DNA of 64,000 nt from contig ADNK01000342.1 of NCBI GenBank assembly GCA_000320545.1, positions 1-64,000 of the forward strand, written 5' to 3'. Below are positions 14,323 to 28,386 of the stretch, one piece after another. Under the pieces are notes generated by a model. That model made no database searches, was not told where the DNA came from, and worked only from the letters and a program-made list of their open reading frames with translations. How positions within the stretch are numbered: the stretch's first letter is position 1; each line of letters starts with the position of its first letter. The position numbers and the translations under genes were made by a program. Origin of the DNA: Bigelowiella natans CCMP2755. Lineage: Eukaryota > Protista > Cercozoa.

Positions 14323-15107
14323 GCATGAACTTTTAGCTGCGCGAACGTTTGTCTCTTTTTGAATAGGTAAACGTATATTTACACATGATATAGCATTATA
14401 AATATTGATTGCCAATCTGAAACACGCTCCTACGGTAACTGAGGTGGTATATATATGCTTCATGAGACATCATAAGGATGTTGCTTGTGTTTCTTAGGGA
14501 CTACATCGATTTCGAGGGGAATCGCGAGCGCTACGACACGCAATACAACGGAACCCATGAAAGCTTTCTCTTTGTATGATACTTACTCTCAAAGAACACA
14601 TACGACACAACCGCGTCCTTGCGATCGATTCCATCTCCCGGAGCAGAACATCCATGAAGATTCTTTAATTTAAGCTCTGAGTGTTGTTTATCCTTTACTA
14701 CTATATATCTGTGATGCGATAGGACTATGACTATAACGTGACATTCCATTACTCGCAAGATTCCTGTGTGGTAGTAGCAGTAGTAGTACCGCCAGCAGCA
14801 GGCTTACGATTGCACGCACAAAGCACGCGCCATTCATCATCATAAGATAAAATCATAAACCATCACTAAATTCGGTAGCAATATTGGAGGATAAAGAGGA
14901 AAGGGGAATATCCTATCCCCAGAGAGGAACGATTTTCATTATCACCGTCGTTGTCGCCCTCAACCAAAGTCCTGTTGCTGATACAGCTGTTTTGAACATA
15001 ATAGATTTTGCCAGTTGATGTCACAAGTACGCTACCGAGCGGCCATATAAAGTCGATAAAAGACCTGTTATATATCAATACGTCATCGATCAGGTATTGT
15101 CATTGAA

Positions 15108-15160
<53 letters not shown>

Positions 15161-15415
15161 ATATATGTGAATTCTTCAACTTTTTGATTCTAAAGAGTTG
15201 TAGCCTCTTTGCAGTCTTTTCAGTTGTTATTTGTTCTCTATTTATCAATCAATGCTGACCCGCACGGCCTTCTCCCCCCTGATCAACACCATTGATTGCT
15301 GCAGATATATCGGGGAAGCGACGGTGAGAGGGATGGCTGCGGACGTTTGGAAAGAAACCAACTTCATCTCCTATTCATCCTGGTAATATTCATACAGATT
15401 CGGTGTGCAGTAGCA

Positions 15416-15447
<32 letters not shown>

Positions 15448-15969
15448 AAACACTCACATGCACAGACACATAAATGGCCCTGGGGAGAGGGGTGAAAGGG
15501 GATTGTTAGATATGCTAGAAAGAGGAATGCCCTGATGAATTGGTGATCGACTCACCGCCACTCGTTTGTAGGTCAAATGCCCAAACGTCGTACAACGTGT
15601 CCCTCCAGCTATACTTCCTGAAGTCGACCTGGACGACTAAACAGGGGGGGGCGGGTGCAGGGAGCTACGGAACCCTACTACGTGTTGTAGAGCAAGGAGT
15701 AGCCACCAGCTCTATTGGTAGTAAATAATAGCATTCAGAATACGACAAGAAACAACAATGTGATAGCTAAAAATAATAGAAGTAGTAGTAGCAGTAAGTA
15801 CGATAGCTACCTTTACAACAACGCCAGAAGTCCCAAAGCACCATGATAATTTATGATCTTCATAACATCCCAATGCTGAATTTCGCTATTTTTCAATAAA
15901 CTGCTGCGGTTGTTGCTACTACTACTCCTACTACTACTACTCCTACTACTACTACTACTACTACTACTC

Positions 15970-16005
<36 letters not shown>

Positions 16006-16160
16006 CTACTACTACTACTACTTCCGCTAGATTCTACCGTGACTCCCGTCCACAACAATTGGGAGTTCTTCAATTGGCGCTCTGGCAGACCTGAGCATGT
16101 ACGGAAGACTCAACAATAAATACGGCATAAAAACCAAACATAATTGTCTCCGAAATATAA

Positions 16161-16200
<40 letters not shown>

Positions 16201-16372
16201 TAGAGGGAGGGGGGTGGAGGAGGAGAGGATGGGGAGAGAAAGAGATTTACAGTTTTTTTGTTCTTAGTCTCTCATTGAATTTTTTTTGCATGTATCACTC
16301 CCGCGACACAGCATGTGTTCGGTCGCAGTCATCTCGCGGAACGCTACCAGGTTTTACTAAGAGGAGAGGCTT

Positions 16373-16417
<45 letters not shown>

Positions 16418-16601
16418 AGCACATAATAATATCATGAGCTGCTCTTTCTCTTCCTCTTCTTCATTTTGCTTGATATCACTTTCTAATGCATGGTGATCGT
16501 GAATAATCAGGCTATATGTCCGACGTGGGAGCATCCTCGCTTGCACATCAGTATCCCCCCGTAAGAAGAAAATATCGTTATTGTATTTAGTGTGCGTGTG
16601 G

Positions 16602-16644
<43 letters not shown>

Positions 16645-16676
16645 AAGTGTTAAATACCTCACGACCTTAATGTGTG

Positions 16677-16718
<42 letters not shown>

Positions 16719-17011
16719 TTGTATGGGATTCAAGACTTCCTGACACGTTTTCGTCGAGGATAGAAGGTGTGCAGACGTTGTACATGCATAAATCTTCGCA
16801 ATGGTGTAATCTACGATGCAGCAGTAGCAGCATAGCGTGTTGTTTGCGGAGATGCAAGGAAATACGGATTATGAGTGTTGGCGGCACGATACGACTCAGT
16901 ATATGGGGGCATGATTGACAAATCATTTCTGTTGTTTCAATGTGTTAAGAAGAAGAATGATTACTTTTCCATAAGTACCTAGTGTAACCATGTATCTCAC
17001 AAATGGCGGTA

Positions 17012-17052
<41 letters not shown>

Positions 17053-17725
17053 AAATCCCCAATATTGGCGTCATCATTGGCATGCCGTCAAGCAGCATCC
17101 TGTCCGATTCATTGACTCATTCTCTTTTATTCAGCCAATATTGGGCAAAATAACTACTCTTTAGAAAGGTCGGTAGAGTGTGTGGGGTGGGTGCTGAGCA
17201 TCTCTGTGTGTGTTTTCGCTTCTCTGTCTCTTTTGTGTGCTTTGGGTGATGATTTTAATCGATCAATACAGTCGGGATATTGACATCATCTGCGTTCCGA
17301 ACTATACGTGCGATTCGATGATCGCTAGTAAAGATTATGTACCTCATCAAGTGGAAGTGTGAATATACATATGCGTGCGTGCGTGCGTGTATGTGTGTGT
17401 GTGTTTGTCTCATATAGGAGAGATATCTTCGACTCCACGAAGAACCGTATCGGCCATATCACGCATCTTCCCCAAGGGTACGACTTGTGTAAATCATGGG
17501 TTCCATCGTCTCTCTGAATAGAAGCGATAACTACAAAGAAAGAGAAGAAGAAACATCAAGAATAATCCCTCCGCAACCAGCATCGTTCTCTTTCTTTCCG
17601 TCTCATGCACATGCTGTACTATGTTCTCCTCGACTTACATCCCTAACTAGCAATCCACTATTCGTGTGTATATGCTTCTACTTGGTTGCGCACGCACACG
17701 CACACATGTAGTACGTACACGTTTG

Positions 17726-17758
<33 letters not shown>

Positions 17759-18023
17759 TATATTATATAAATCAGCGGATTCGTGAAGAGGATAACTTAT
17801 TTCAACCCTACCACTCTCTCGCTTGATGATACGGTGGGAAGCAAATCATATAACACCGAGCGGCAGCACCTCCGCCATCGCTAGATCAGCATCATTCTCT
17901 TATTCATCACCATTTCTTGATGATGCTACCCTATCATCCTACAGACTTACACAGTCAAGGACGATGGGACGTGCACAACGCTATTCGAGACGGTGATGAG
18001 TGCGTGAGTCGTGGTGGGGAGGA

Positions 18024-18067
<44 letters not shown>

Positions 18068-19934
18068 GATTAGAGAATGTGTATGAGGTGCGGGCCATGC
18101 GAATGTCATTTCAGTGGGTGAGAGCTAGGATGATGACGACGAAATCAGTTGACTCGAGATCATCCCCTTTGGCCGTGTCGTTCAGAATATCAATCATTTA
18201 GCATTTATTCAATCATTATTGGAACAGCGCTAATCCCTCATTTGACCTTTCTGCCTGGCTCCCCCCCCTCCCCTATAGTCTGCCGCAAACTCTTTCAATC
18301 GCGCATTTGACCTCAAGAGGCGGAGAATGAAGCACACCGCGGTAGTAGTAAATGAACAGTAGTAGTAGTAGTAGTAGTAGTAATAGTATACCATGTCCTA
18401 TCCCAGTACACAGCCGCACAAAGGAATATACCTACGTGTGTGTGTGTGAGTGTGTGTGTGTGTGTGTGTTTATTATCTTCTTTAAAAAAACAGGTAATCT
18501 TCGGTGAGACGTCTGGCAACTTCTCCCATGAAGGCAGGACGCACATACGCGGCATCAAGGCGCATCACTGGATGAAGAGGGTCAAATCGCATCGGCTGTT
18601 CTTCCGACCCGCCAACCTCTCGTAAGAAGGGTTTTCTTCACTTCAGTCATTATATATAACAACGACCTCCTCTCTCTAGAGAGCCTCTCATCCCCCCCCC
18701 CCCCCCCCCCTTTGCATCATTCATCGTATTTTTCCTGGCTTGGCGCTTAGGTATACCGTCTCATATTACTTCGCCGCTGAGCCTCCGTGGAGCGTGCGGA
18801 CGTTTTTCCGAACAGCAGAGTCCAATCGAAACAACCCTAGCAGCCCTGCCACAACCTCATGGCTGCCTTTGAGGGTCAAAATCAAGGGGTAAGAACAAGC
18901 GCGACCCTATGCACCATACCTCTTCGTGTACGTCTATGTGTTGTGTGTGTGTGTGTGTGCGCCTCTTTCCTCTCTCATCTTCTTATTCTTCTTCTCTCAT
19001 CCCACGCATCGTCGGCGGTGGGTGTGATGATTTAGGCATGAGACGAATGGAACATTTACCAAGCTTTTCCACCATTCATACGAGTTCGTCGATTTCGTGG
19101 CAGCAGCGCCTCCAGACGCCGAGTTTGGCCCCCCAGTTGAGTGCTCGCAGGAGGCGAGTACAGAAGGATTCTCATACAGTGAAAGTTTCAAAATTGGAGT
19201 CTCAGTTGTCATAACTCTCATTATTGCTTTACCGATCGGAGGTCAATTTAAGACAGTAGGGGGGGGGGGGGGGGAGGGGTTGATGAGTCGAGAGTTGGTA
19301 AGGATTTAAAAGGGGCATAGGTTATCATCACCATCATCATCATCATCATCGTCATCGTCATCGCCAGAGCATGCAGATGTACAGTGCAGAGTCTTGATGT
19401 GAATGTGATACGAGCTCCTCCTCACCGAACTCAGGGCTCATAGGCTACCAGCATCATAAGGCCAAAGCAGAACTTCAGCAGAATGATGCGCCTTTTCTCG
19501 AGGGAGGTGAGGGAGAGCGAAGAAGAGAGAAACAGGAGGAGGGGGAGAAGGATGAGAAGTGGCAGAAACAAATAGTCCTTCGATATAATTATATAATCAC
19601 CGCACCGCACAAAAATCCCATGGAAATGTTGGATTTTCGTAAACGTACACATAATTATCAGGAGGACCACGGAAGCGAGGAGGTTCGGATGTGGAACACG
19701 AGATGCATGAAATCGGAAGGAGTGTTGCCGCACAGAATAGCTCGGTATTGTCAATCAAAGGCAGCAGCAGATTGCTTTTCTTTTCGGATGACAATTCTTG
19801 AAACCGACCGCCACAAAAACACCGACAAGTGTAGAATCTGTTTCTTGAAGTTTAATATGTATATTTCCCATTATCTATATTAGGTGATCGGCGAAGATGG
19901 CCCGCAAATAGATGACAATAAAGGAATGCTTTAA
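14056..19934 (+). CDS. Type I membrane protein with signal peptide, two tandem ependymin-related/LolA-fold-like domains, a TM helix and a cytosolic tail
   Basis: Signal-like N-terminus MPDSTRSFLLAFAGCSLFCRQASA. Repeated domain motifs LPNSASIEYE / LPDTFSSRIE and YIGEATVRGMAADVW (~15305) / HEGRTHIRGIKAHHW (~18525). TM segment IGVSVVITLIIALPIGGLIGY (~19193-19447). Ends ...DNKGML* at 19934. The family assignment rests on motif recall. Confidence 0.7.
15917..16021. repeat. Intronic (CTA)n microsatellite with CTC interruptions
   Basis: Directly visible; the source of the poly-Leu and poly-Ser pseudo-ORFs. Confidence 0.95.
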
Positions 19935-20829
19935 GTGCGAACGAAGAGATAGTGATAATAGATTATTATGGCGACATGCAATATCACTGCTTCAGTGCTT
20001 TTGCGTATCAGTTTGCATCATTTCTCACGTACCGATCATGCGAAACGAAATAATTCAGAGACTTTATGACATAATTTGCACTGAACAGACATTCGTCGAT
20101 ACTGCCGATTAATGTTGCGTTTTTACATGCTAGCATGCTGCATGATGAACCACAGTGCAGTTTGTGAATAATGGACGTGCTTAGCTAGTTAGGCAATAAT
20201 AGTATTTTCGATCATGTAGCTACGTGTACAAGACGGATGTAGCGAAACGATAATTACATTGTTTCAATTGAATCAATAGTCATTCCAATGCAATGTAGAG
20301 GCATTATCTAGACACACTGTCTTTGTTCATGCAGCGCTCATTGTTCTAACACCACTCTTTAGCTCTCTCCTCTCATTATTGTTATCGTGTTCGCCTGCAT
20401 GTGCAATGAAATTTCGGGCATTGCTCGTCATCCGGCAGGCCACACTTCTCTATTATCATTGCTTGCTTAGCGTTGTCACCACATTTGTCTAGTTTGTAGC
20501 CTTCGTAGAGTTTATTATGCATGTTTTCTGATGCGTTCATGTAGCACATGCCGACCACTAGACCAGGCAGTTTGCACATGCTTGTCTAAAGATCTCCGCT
20601 CATGCAATGAAGATTGTGTTGTAATCAGTAGTACTAGTCCTTTATAGTACAACAACTGATGCCCATTCAAAAAAATGATTCTATTCACAGCACAGCAACA
20701 ACAGGAAGAATCCATGGGTGGCAATCCTTCTGACCGACGCAAGAGCTTGCATATTGCAGCAGATTATATGTGTACAAAAGCAGGCACATCGATTATTGTG
20801 ACTCTACGAAACACCACGCACCATGCAAA

Positions 20830-21185
20830 CTACTCTGAGCATGGTGTGCATAGGCTGCTTCCTGCCGATAGCACCAGCTCTTGCTCAATCAGCTCAACCC
20901 AAATGGAAACCCCTATTGCAAGGCATCGCTCATCGATATCGAACACGGACTTGTGGTGGGGCCGAATTTCCTTCATATCGATAGCCGAACCCAGGAAGTA
21001 GAAGCAACCGGGGACCTTTGTAAGGCAGCAGCAATAGACATCCGCGACTTACATAGTACATATAATGCTACATATCACATTTGCGTAGTTGGTAAAGTGG
21101 GAAAATCTAGCAGCACAGGCAAGAAGACTGGGGAAATGTCGGAGAATACCGAGACAGGAGCGTAGGAGGAAGAGGGAAGGAGATA

Positions 21186-21235
<50 letters not shown>

Positions 21236-21382
21236 AAGAGAGAGAGAGAAAGAGAGAGAGAGAAAGAAAGAGAGAGAAAGAAAGAGAGACCTTGTTGAGA
21301 AAATAACTCATATCTTCCGCGCACATTACTTGCCTCGGCTCTATGATGCGATCTTCCTCCACAACAGCTTTGGCAGCTTTGA

Positions 21383-21421
<39 letters not shown>

Positions 21422-22496
21422 GAAATAAGTTGCTGATCTCTCTAACAGGCCCAGCAAACTACTACGACTACTATAACTACTACTTCCACTACCAAGGATA
21501 TCAAGATGAGGCTTAGACGTGTTCTTTGTTGCGGGGTACCTGATAGTACACCAAAGGAAAAGTAACAATGAGACTTCTTTACCGTATATAGATTCATCCT
21601 CATCAGCATCATCATCACCAAACACCACCACAATACAATCTTCACAAAAAAAAGGCTACTTGCTACCCCTTTCGATAGTCCAAAGATGCTTTGACATCAT
21701 AGGCAGTCCCTAACCCCTTGCAGAGCTGAGGAGGAGGAACAAGGGCGGGGGAAGAGGGGGGGGGGGGGAGGGGAGTGTCAAAGAGGACAATATCGGATGA
21801 TGGTTCTCTTAAACACAACACCAACGAATGCTGCCTACTTTCTTTGAAAGATACTTGAAAAGAAGATTCCGAGTAGTACTAGTTGGCAGTTGGCATGCAG
21901 TATACACCGTATTGCTCTACGAAAGTCCCCCCGATCCAAATAACATTGATTGTTAACCCTCTCCGTGGTATTAGAAGCCCTGGCCTCGCTGATGCTGGTA
22001 CTGCGCCATTACCATCATCATCATCATCATCAACATCATCATTACTACTACTACTACTACTACTACTACTACAATTTCTACAACCTGACACATTCGTGTG
22101 ATGATCGTATCCTGAACCTCGCTTTCGAACGTGCGAACCTACGATGGGCAGGGCCTCATCAATTCCACCAGCATGCATGCCTGCATGCATGCTGCTACAC
22201 ACGCGAAATTCACTCGAAAACACACAAGCACTTATTACGAATGAAAGCAGAGATATGAGTACTATAGAACACCTACCGTGCCGCTTATGTCCACTTTATC
22301 AGCGATGACATTGCTCGCGTATCCTCCATTTACGGTGCCCACTAACCAGGCGAAGGAACAGGTAGAGAGAGGGAGAGAGGGGGGGGGGGGGGAGTTATGA
22401 TGAAATTGCTCGATTATCGAAAAATATTGCAAACGTGAGAATTGTGGTTGCTCATCGTATTATATTTAAACATGACACGAAATAACATGTGCAAAG

Positions 22497-22531
<35 letters not shown>

Positions 22532-22747
22532 CTCTGTAATATACCGGTCAGCACTGCTGGATCTAAGGGGCTAATAGTAGTGTATGTCACCACATTAATA
22601 ACAACAGTAATCAGCTTTCATGCTTTCAAGCGTAGTTCTTAGGCGCTGATCCATCATGAAGCATCGATTGGATGAGAGGAATGATGTGCTGACGAGCAGG
22701 GGAAGTAATAAATATGTCGTAGTACCTTCCTCTGTGCTACAACTACA

Positions 22748-22779
<32 letters not shown>

Positions 22780-23185
22780 CTGATATTGCGTGGGACTATA
22801 GTGTGCAGCCCAGATATCAACTGAGCGCTGCGGCAAGAACGCGAGGTCAAACAATGGTGATTGATTGATGACGGCGATGAGGTTGGTTGATGACGCTCAA
22901 ATGAGAATGACGAGGGAGAAGTAAAGGAGGCGAAAACTAATGCGTTGGGGAGTGGGTGAGATGTCAATGCAGTGGAGTGGTAGATGGTAGGGAAAAGAGG
23001 AGGGCGTATATTATTTGAGGTGATGATCTAATAAAACCAACCTTGCGACAATTGCATCGGCGGTGCCTACAGCAGAGCGTTCAGAATGATGATGATGATG
23101 ATGATGACGATGGTGATAGAAAGGACAGAGATGATAATCATGTGTTATATTATGAGTAATACACACACATACACACACGCACACG

Positions 23186-23239
<54 letters not shown>

Positions 23240-23605
23240 GTTATATCACCGTCAGGAACTGCTCCGTGTCCTCCACGCCCTATCCCCCCCCCCCCCACAC
23301 ACACACAGGCCACATCGTATCATCAAATATTGTATGACAACCAAAACAGTTAAGGATGTGATGCAGCATTTCATAAATATGAGATGTAAAAGTGGGGGCG
23401 GGGATGATGAAGGGGGGGAAATTATTATTATTATTATTATTGTTGTTGTTGTTGTTATTAGCTTTTTTGGTTGGGTAGTTTACACCTCTTACTTCCACAT
23501 TAAATCGATCCGAGGCAGCCATAATCGGCCCTATCCGTGCTCCTACCGTGCCAACCTCTAAGAAGAAGATGATGATGGCGTTAATGATGATGATGGTGAT
23601 GTTGG

Positions 23606-23636
<31 letters not shown>

Positions 23637-24005
23637 AATGATGATGATCCAAGTACAACAGCACTACACGCTGTTCGGGGCTAAACGGGGAAGGGAATCC
23701 TCTAATCTAAAACATGCATGGTGTGCGTGTATTGAGAGAGGGGGGGGGGGGGGATACCTTGGTAATTCCAAAGATGGAGACCGTAGATCTCATCAACCTG
23801 AAGAGAATTGATGATGATGATGATGATGATGATGATGCTTTTCATATCGATCGAAAGAGGAACTAACACAATTTGTCGGAGTAAAGTTGATGCTACGAGC
23901 AATGGAAAGGAGGGCTCGGCGTAAGTAGTCACGCATCTATCACACACTAACATACACGCACACGCAGTCTCAAATAAAAATAACGGATTAATCATGATGT
24001 AAAAT

Positions 24006-24054
<49 letters not shown>

Positions 24055-26070
24055 ATAGATAATAAAGATGTTACTGATGCTAAAGGATGATAGCGATGAT
24101 GCTTATCCCTACCTTAGGGGCTGATGTGAGGACGCCATCATCTATCATCGATTTCGCCCTGATGATGACAATTGTACCAGGTCACCGTGAATAATCACAC
24201 CAGGTTATAGGATTGCTAGTTAAACTGTGAGATCTAAAGCCGTAATTATTTGATTATTTTCTATAATACTAAAAAAGAGAATGTTTTTTTTTGTTCAAAG
24301 AGTTGATATTCATTGCTGGGTGGATGATGAGAAAGCACAACCCGCCAAATCCCTCTTCTGCAGGCTGAAAGATGAACTTTATGTTCCCTACAACAAGTAG
24401 TTGTTTCAAATGGCTTGTCAGGAGGAGGAATTGTGGCGCGGAGAGGGGAGGAGGAGGAGGAGGAGGAGGAGGAGGAGGAAGAAGAAGAAGAACAGGAAGA
24501 AGAAGAAGAAAAAGGAATGTGCGCGATGTATTATTGCGGCTTCAATCAATATATCTAACGAGATGTTGTAAGTTATTTCCCGTGCTTGATTTAAGAGATC
24601 AAACACCTTTTATTTTCTTTTTCCAAGGAGCTACAACTTGCACCGCGCCAAGGAGGATTGCCATCTATCGATCATTCACACAACATTATTAGGCAGTAGA
24701 ACAGAGAGAGCGGGAGAGACAGACAGAGAGAGAGAGAGAGAGAGAGAGAGCCGTGTTTTTTTACTTACATGGCCGTCGTGTCCACAGGCATGCATTACTC
24801 CGTTATTCTTACTTTTATAGCTGATAGAAGGGGGGGGCATGGAGCAGCGTATGAGGTTAACAACAACGACAACAACATTTGCTAATGTACAAAGTATCTC
24901 GTGTGCACGGTGGTTTTATATTGCACGTAATGCACGCTTACAACTGCCTACATGCACACAAACATATGCTCTAACAGACGATTCATCATTCTCGTAATGT
25001 GATGCGTTGTTGCATGTATTAAATTCTCTGCTGTTGTATCACTTACTCAGCTTCGACTTGCTCCTGTATTGGGAGACCGTCTATTATCCACCACCATTAT
25101 CAATAGATAATCGTCATCATCATCGTGTGCGATTCATATGTAAAGGGTGGGGTTGGGAAACAATAAAGCACACACAGTGGTAGGGGTGGGGCTATAGGCG
25201 ATTGATTGATGAAAATTAGAGTATTCCATAAGAAAGCAGAATGAATGCAAAACGACAACGAAGGTCTTTGTTTTAACCTCGGCAAAGGATTCAATTTGCA
25301 AGCGACTATAAACAAATTATGGTAGCGGTGTGCAGCATGATATCCGTGTTCTTCTGGTAATACGTCAACCATCACTTTCTTTTTTTTACTTTTTACTTCT
25401 TGTACGTCTCTACTCTACACTACCCATATCAGCTCTGATCGCGATTGTCCTCGCTCCTCCTTTTACCCCGCCGCGCAACACTCCGACGACACCGTGGCCA
25501 CCGACGTTTGTGGTGACCTCCAATCCGAAGTCCTGTAAACAACGATAATTATGGCAAGAGGGGGCGTGTCAGTGTAAAGAATGGTAGGCGAACCAATGAG
25601 TGAGTGGATTCATTCCGTAAACCTTGAGCTTTTCCGCGATGTATTGCGCGGTCTTTTGCTCCTTGAGAGACAACTCGGGGTACCTGTAGGTCGATAGAGG
25701 CGATCGATGATGACGGCGATGTGTGAGTGTACGTGTTGATGCTAGAGTGACTAATACCGTACAGACATGCTTTTAACACAAAGAAGAGGAAAGTCAGCTG
25801 CGAGACATGCGAGCCTTTGACGAAATCGTGGTGGTAGGGTACATGTGGAAGTGGCGTCGCATTGCGATTACGTCTTTCTCAATTGCCACAACCTGTAATA
25901 TTCGCATGCACCATGTTTGTGACCTCTGATCATGCGACGATATCAGAACATGAAGTAGATTTCCTTTAGAAGCGGGATGAAATGTGGGAGAGATAACATC
26001 AATCCTAACCAACACGTACAAGTACCTCTTTACGAAGCTTGATGCCCTTTAATTCCTCATGGGCGGCCAT
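20830..26070 (-). CDS. M20D family amidohydrolase (IAA-amino acid hydrolase / hippuricase-like), about 18 exons
   Basis: Exons give RRHFHMYPELSLKE, GHGVVGVLRG, IAIRADMDGLPIQE, GVMHACGHDGH, KFIFQPAEEGFGG, IYGLHLW, GPIMAASDRF, GRGGHGAVP, GGYASNVIAD, MCAEDMSYF, VPGCFYFLG and HHKSVFDIDERCLAIG. This is the complete M20D motif set. Confidence 0.93.
21181..21288. repeat. Intronic (GA)n/(GAGAAA)n microsatellite
   Basis: Directly visible. Confidence 0.95.
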
Positions 26071-26628
26071 TGTGGTTTTCGTGACTCTCTTTTTTCCTGA
26101 ATTTATGGTAATTCTCTATCGGATAAACTTCCTACACTGCTATGCAGAAATCTATTGGGGTTTTGTCTCAAGTTTTGTTGTTGCGGCAACCAAAAGGCTA
26201 TGTCGCAGGGGCATTTCCACCATTTTTTGGTGTCGCTGCGCAAAACTGGAAACGGTTTCCAGGAAGGAACGGACGGAAGAGCTATTTTCGCGGAAAAACA
26301 GATACTTTGATGTCGCATACTAGTGAATATATGGCATTTTTGTTGAAATTGCCGAACACTGTCTTCTCAATTCAGTTGCCACCTCCTCGAAGAAGATTAT
26401 ATCAGGCACACACACTAGAAGGGGGAGCGGCTAGGAAAGAGCCCTAGTCCGCAGGGAGAGAAAAGGCTGCCTTGTATCAAAGACCGAAGGTATATGAAGT
26501 AAATTCTATGATTTGATACTTATGCAGTAGAACCCCGAGGTAGGGATAGAGATGGACTTAAAAACTTTTCCCCTGTTGACTTTTCTCTGCTTGTAGGTGC
26601 TACCAGTTCTCGAGCTACATCAGTGACA

Positions 26629-27847
26629 ATGAGCGCGGAGGAGCTTGATAATTTGGACAATATGCTGGCGGCGATCGATTCTTCCTTGGAAGGGAAACAA
26701 GAGGGTGCATACATGTTCGCTATTTCATCATGAGTCGATATGAGAATGGAACATCATTCCTCGCTCCCCCTCCCCAACACGAACCTCCTTTTTGCTTAGG
26801 ATCATCAATCGGTGGATCAGTAGTTTCGGGTTTAGATGATTTAAGCGGAATCTTGGAAGATGGGAACATTGATGAGGAGGACCTAGATATCGATGGTATT
26901 CTGGATGATATTGCAGACGATGACTTACAGGGAGTAGGAGAAGTAGATGTTGGGGTGGGAAATGGTAAAAACGCGGAAACAGATAGCCCTGTAGATGAGG
27001 GCCAATTACAAAATAATGCGGAAGTGAAGGATGCGGAGATATCCCAGCAAGACCTAGGCTCTAATACCATCTCAGCGGAAGGACGGCAGGATGATATACA
27101 TGATGACCATGACATCAAAGGAGAGGTGAAAATCGTATGTATAAGACTCATGAGATCGTCTAAAAATACAATCGTTGTATACGTATATGTTGAAATTTGT
27201 CGCAGTGTTTGCGAGTGTACTGAGTCTGCGTCTTTCCTCCTCAAAACAGGAGACGATCGATTCAATGGAGTACGACGATAACATTGATGAGATCGATGGT
27301 GACGAAATAGATGAAATCGTTGGCGACGAGGTAGATGAGATCGTTGACGACGATGTAGATGAGATATTGGAGCACTACGATGAGGAGGAAGAAGAAAAAG
27401 GAGACAGGCCAGATGGCGAAGACGATACAGCCGATCTACAGCTCGAGAGCACAATCAGAAACCAAGAGCAGTTTACCGTAAGTAGCAGTAGGAAGGAGCG
27501 AGATGTAGAAGAGGAGGAGGGAGAGGATCCTTGGCTGGATTCTGAGAGCGTTGCAGATACAGTTACATCTGCAGATTCGATGTCGGCGGCCATGCATCAG
27601 CAACTAATGCGGAAGAAGCTGAGAATAAAGCTATCAGGAAAGGACAGTGTCGCCTCTTCCGACTCACGCTTTGAAAGAACTCCTTCGCATCTGCGCAGCG
27701 CGTAAGGAAGAGAAGAATGAGAAAATAAGAACCAACGAAAGCTTTACTAAATAAAACGCAAACACCAAAAAGCGACGACGATGATAATAGTACGAATCTC
27801 CATGTGCATGTATACATCAGTCCTATCGTCATCATAGTTTTCTTTAC

Positions 27848-27922
<75 letters not shown>

Positions 27923-28344
27923 TCCATTCCTCCCTCTACCTCTCGTTACGTGTGTATCATCATTTTCAATTTACTCCCCTCTGTCTCAGATACCGCCGAC
28001 AAAAATCAATAGCTAGGATAAAGAAAGAAAGATCGATTAAAGAGACTTTCAAACCTAAAACGACCGTATACAATTTCCGATCAAAACGGAATGACTTCAT
28101 GACTGAAATGGAAATAGACCAACGCCGTCGAAAGGTCGTGGTGTGCGTATGTGTTTGTCGGTGGTGGTGGTGGTGGTGGTGGTGGTGGTGGTGGTTGTGC
28201 TAGCTCCTAGTTTGGGCTTCTCAACGATCTAAAGAGAGTGGTGATCGTAGTATGGAAAGGAGAACAATATGTCACTAATAAACACTATGATAGAAATAGA
28301 CGGTTGTGGCATAACTGTTGAGGGGCACACACACACACACACAC

Positions 28345-28386
<42 letters not shown>

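Noticed and set aside
20382-20579. Cys-rich ORF as a C-terminal domain of the M20 hydrolase
   Set aside because: The hydrolase frame reaches a stop at 20830 after the family's normal C-terminus. This ORF lies in TG/CA-rich spacer DNA and has no recognisable motif.
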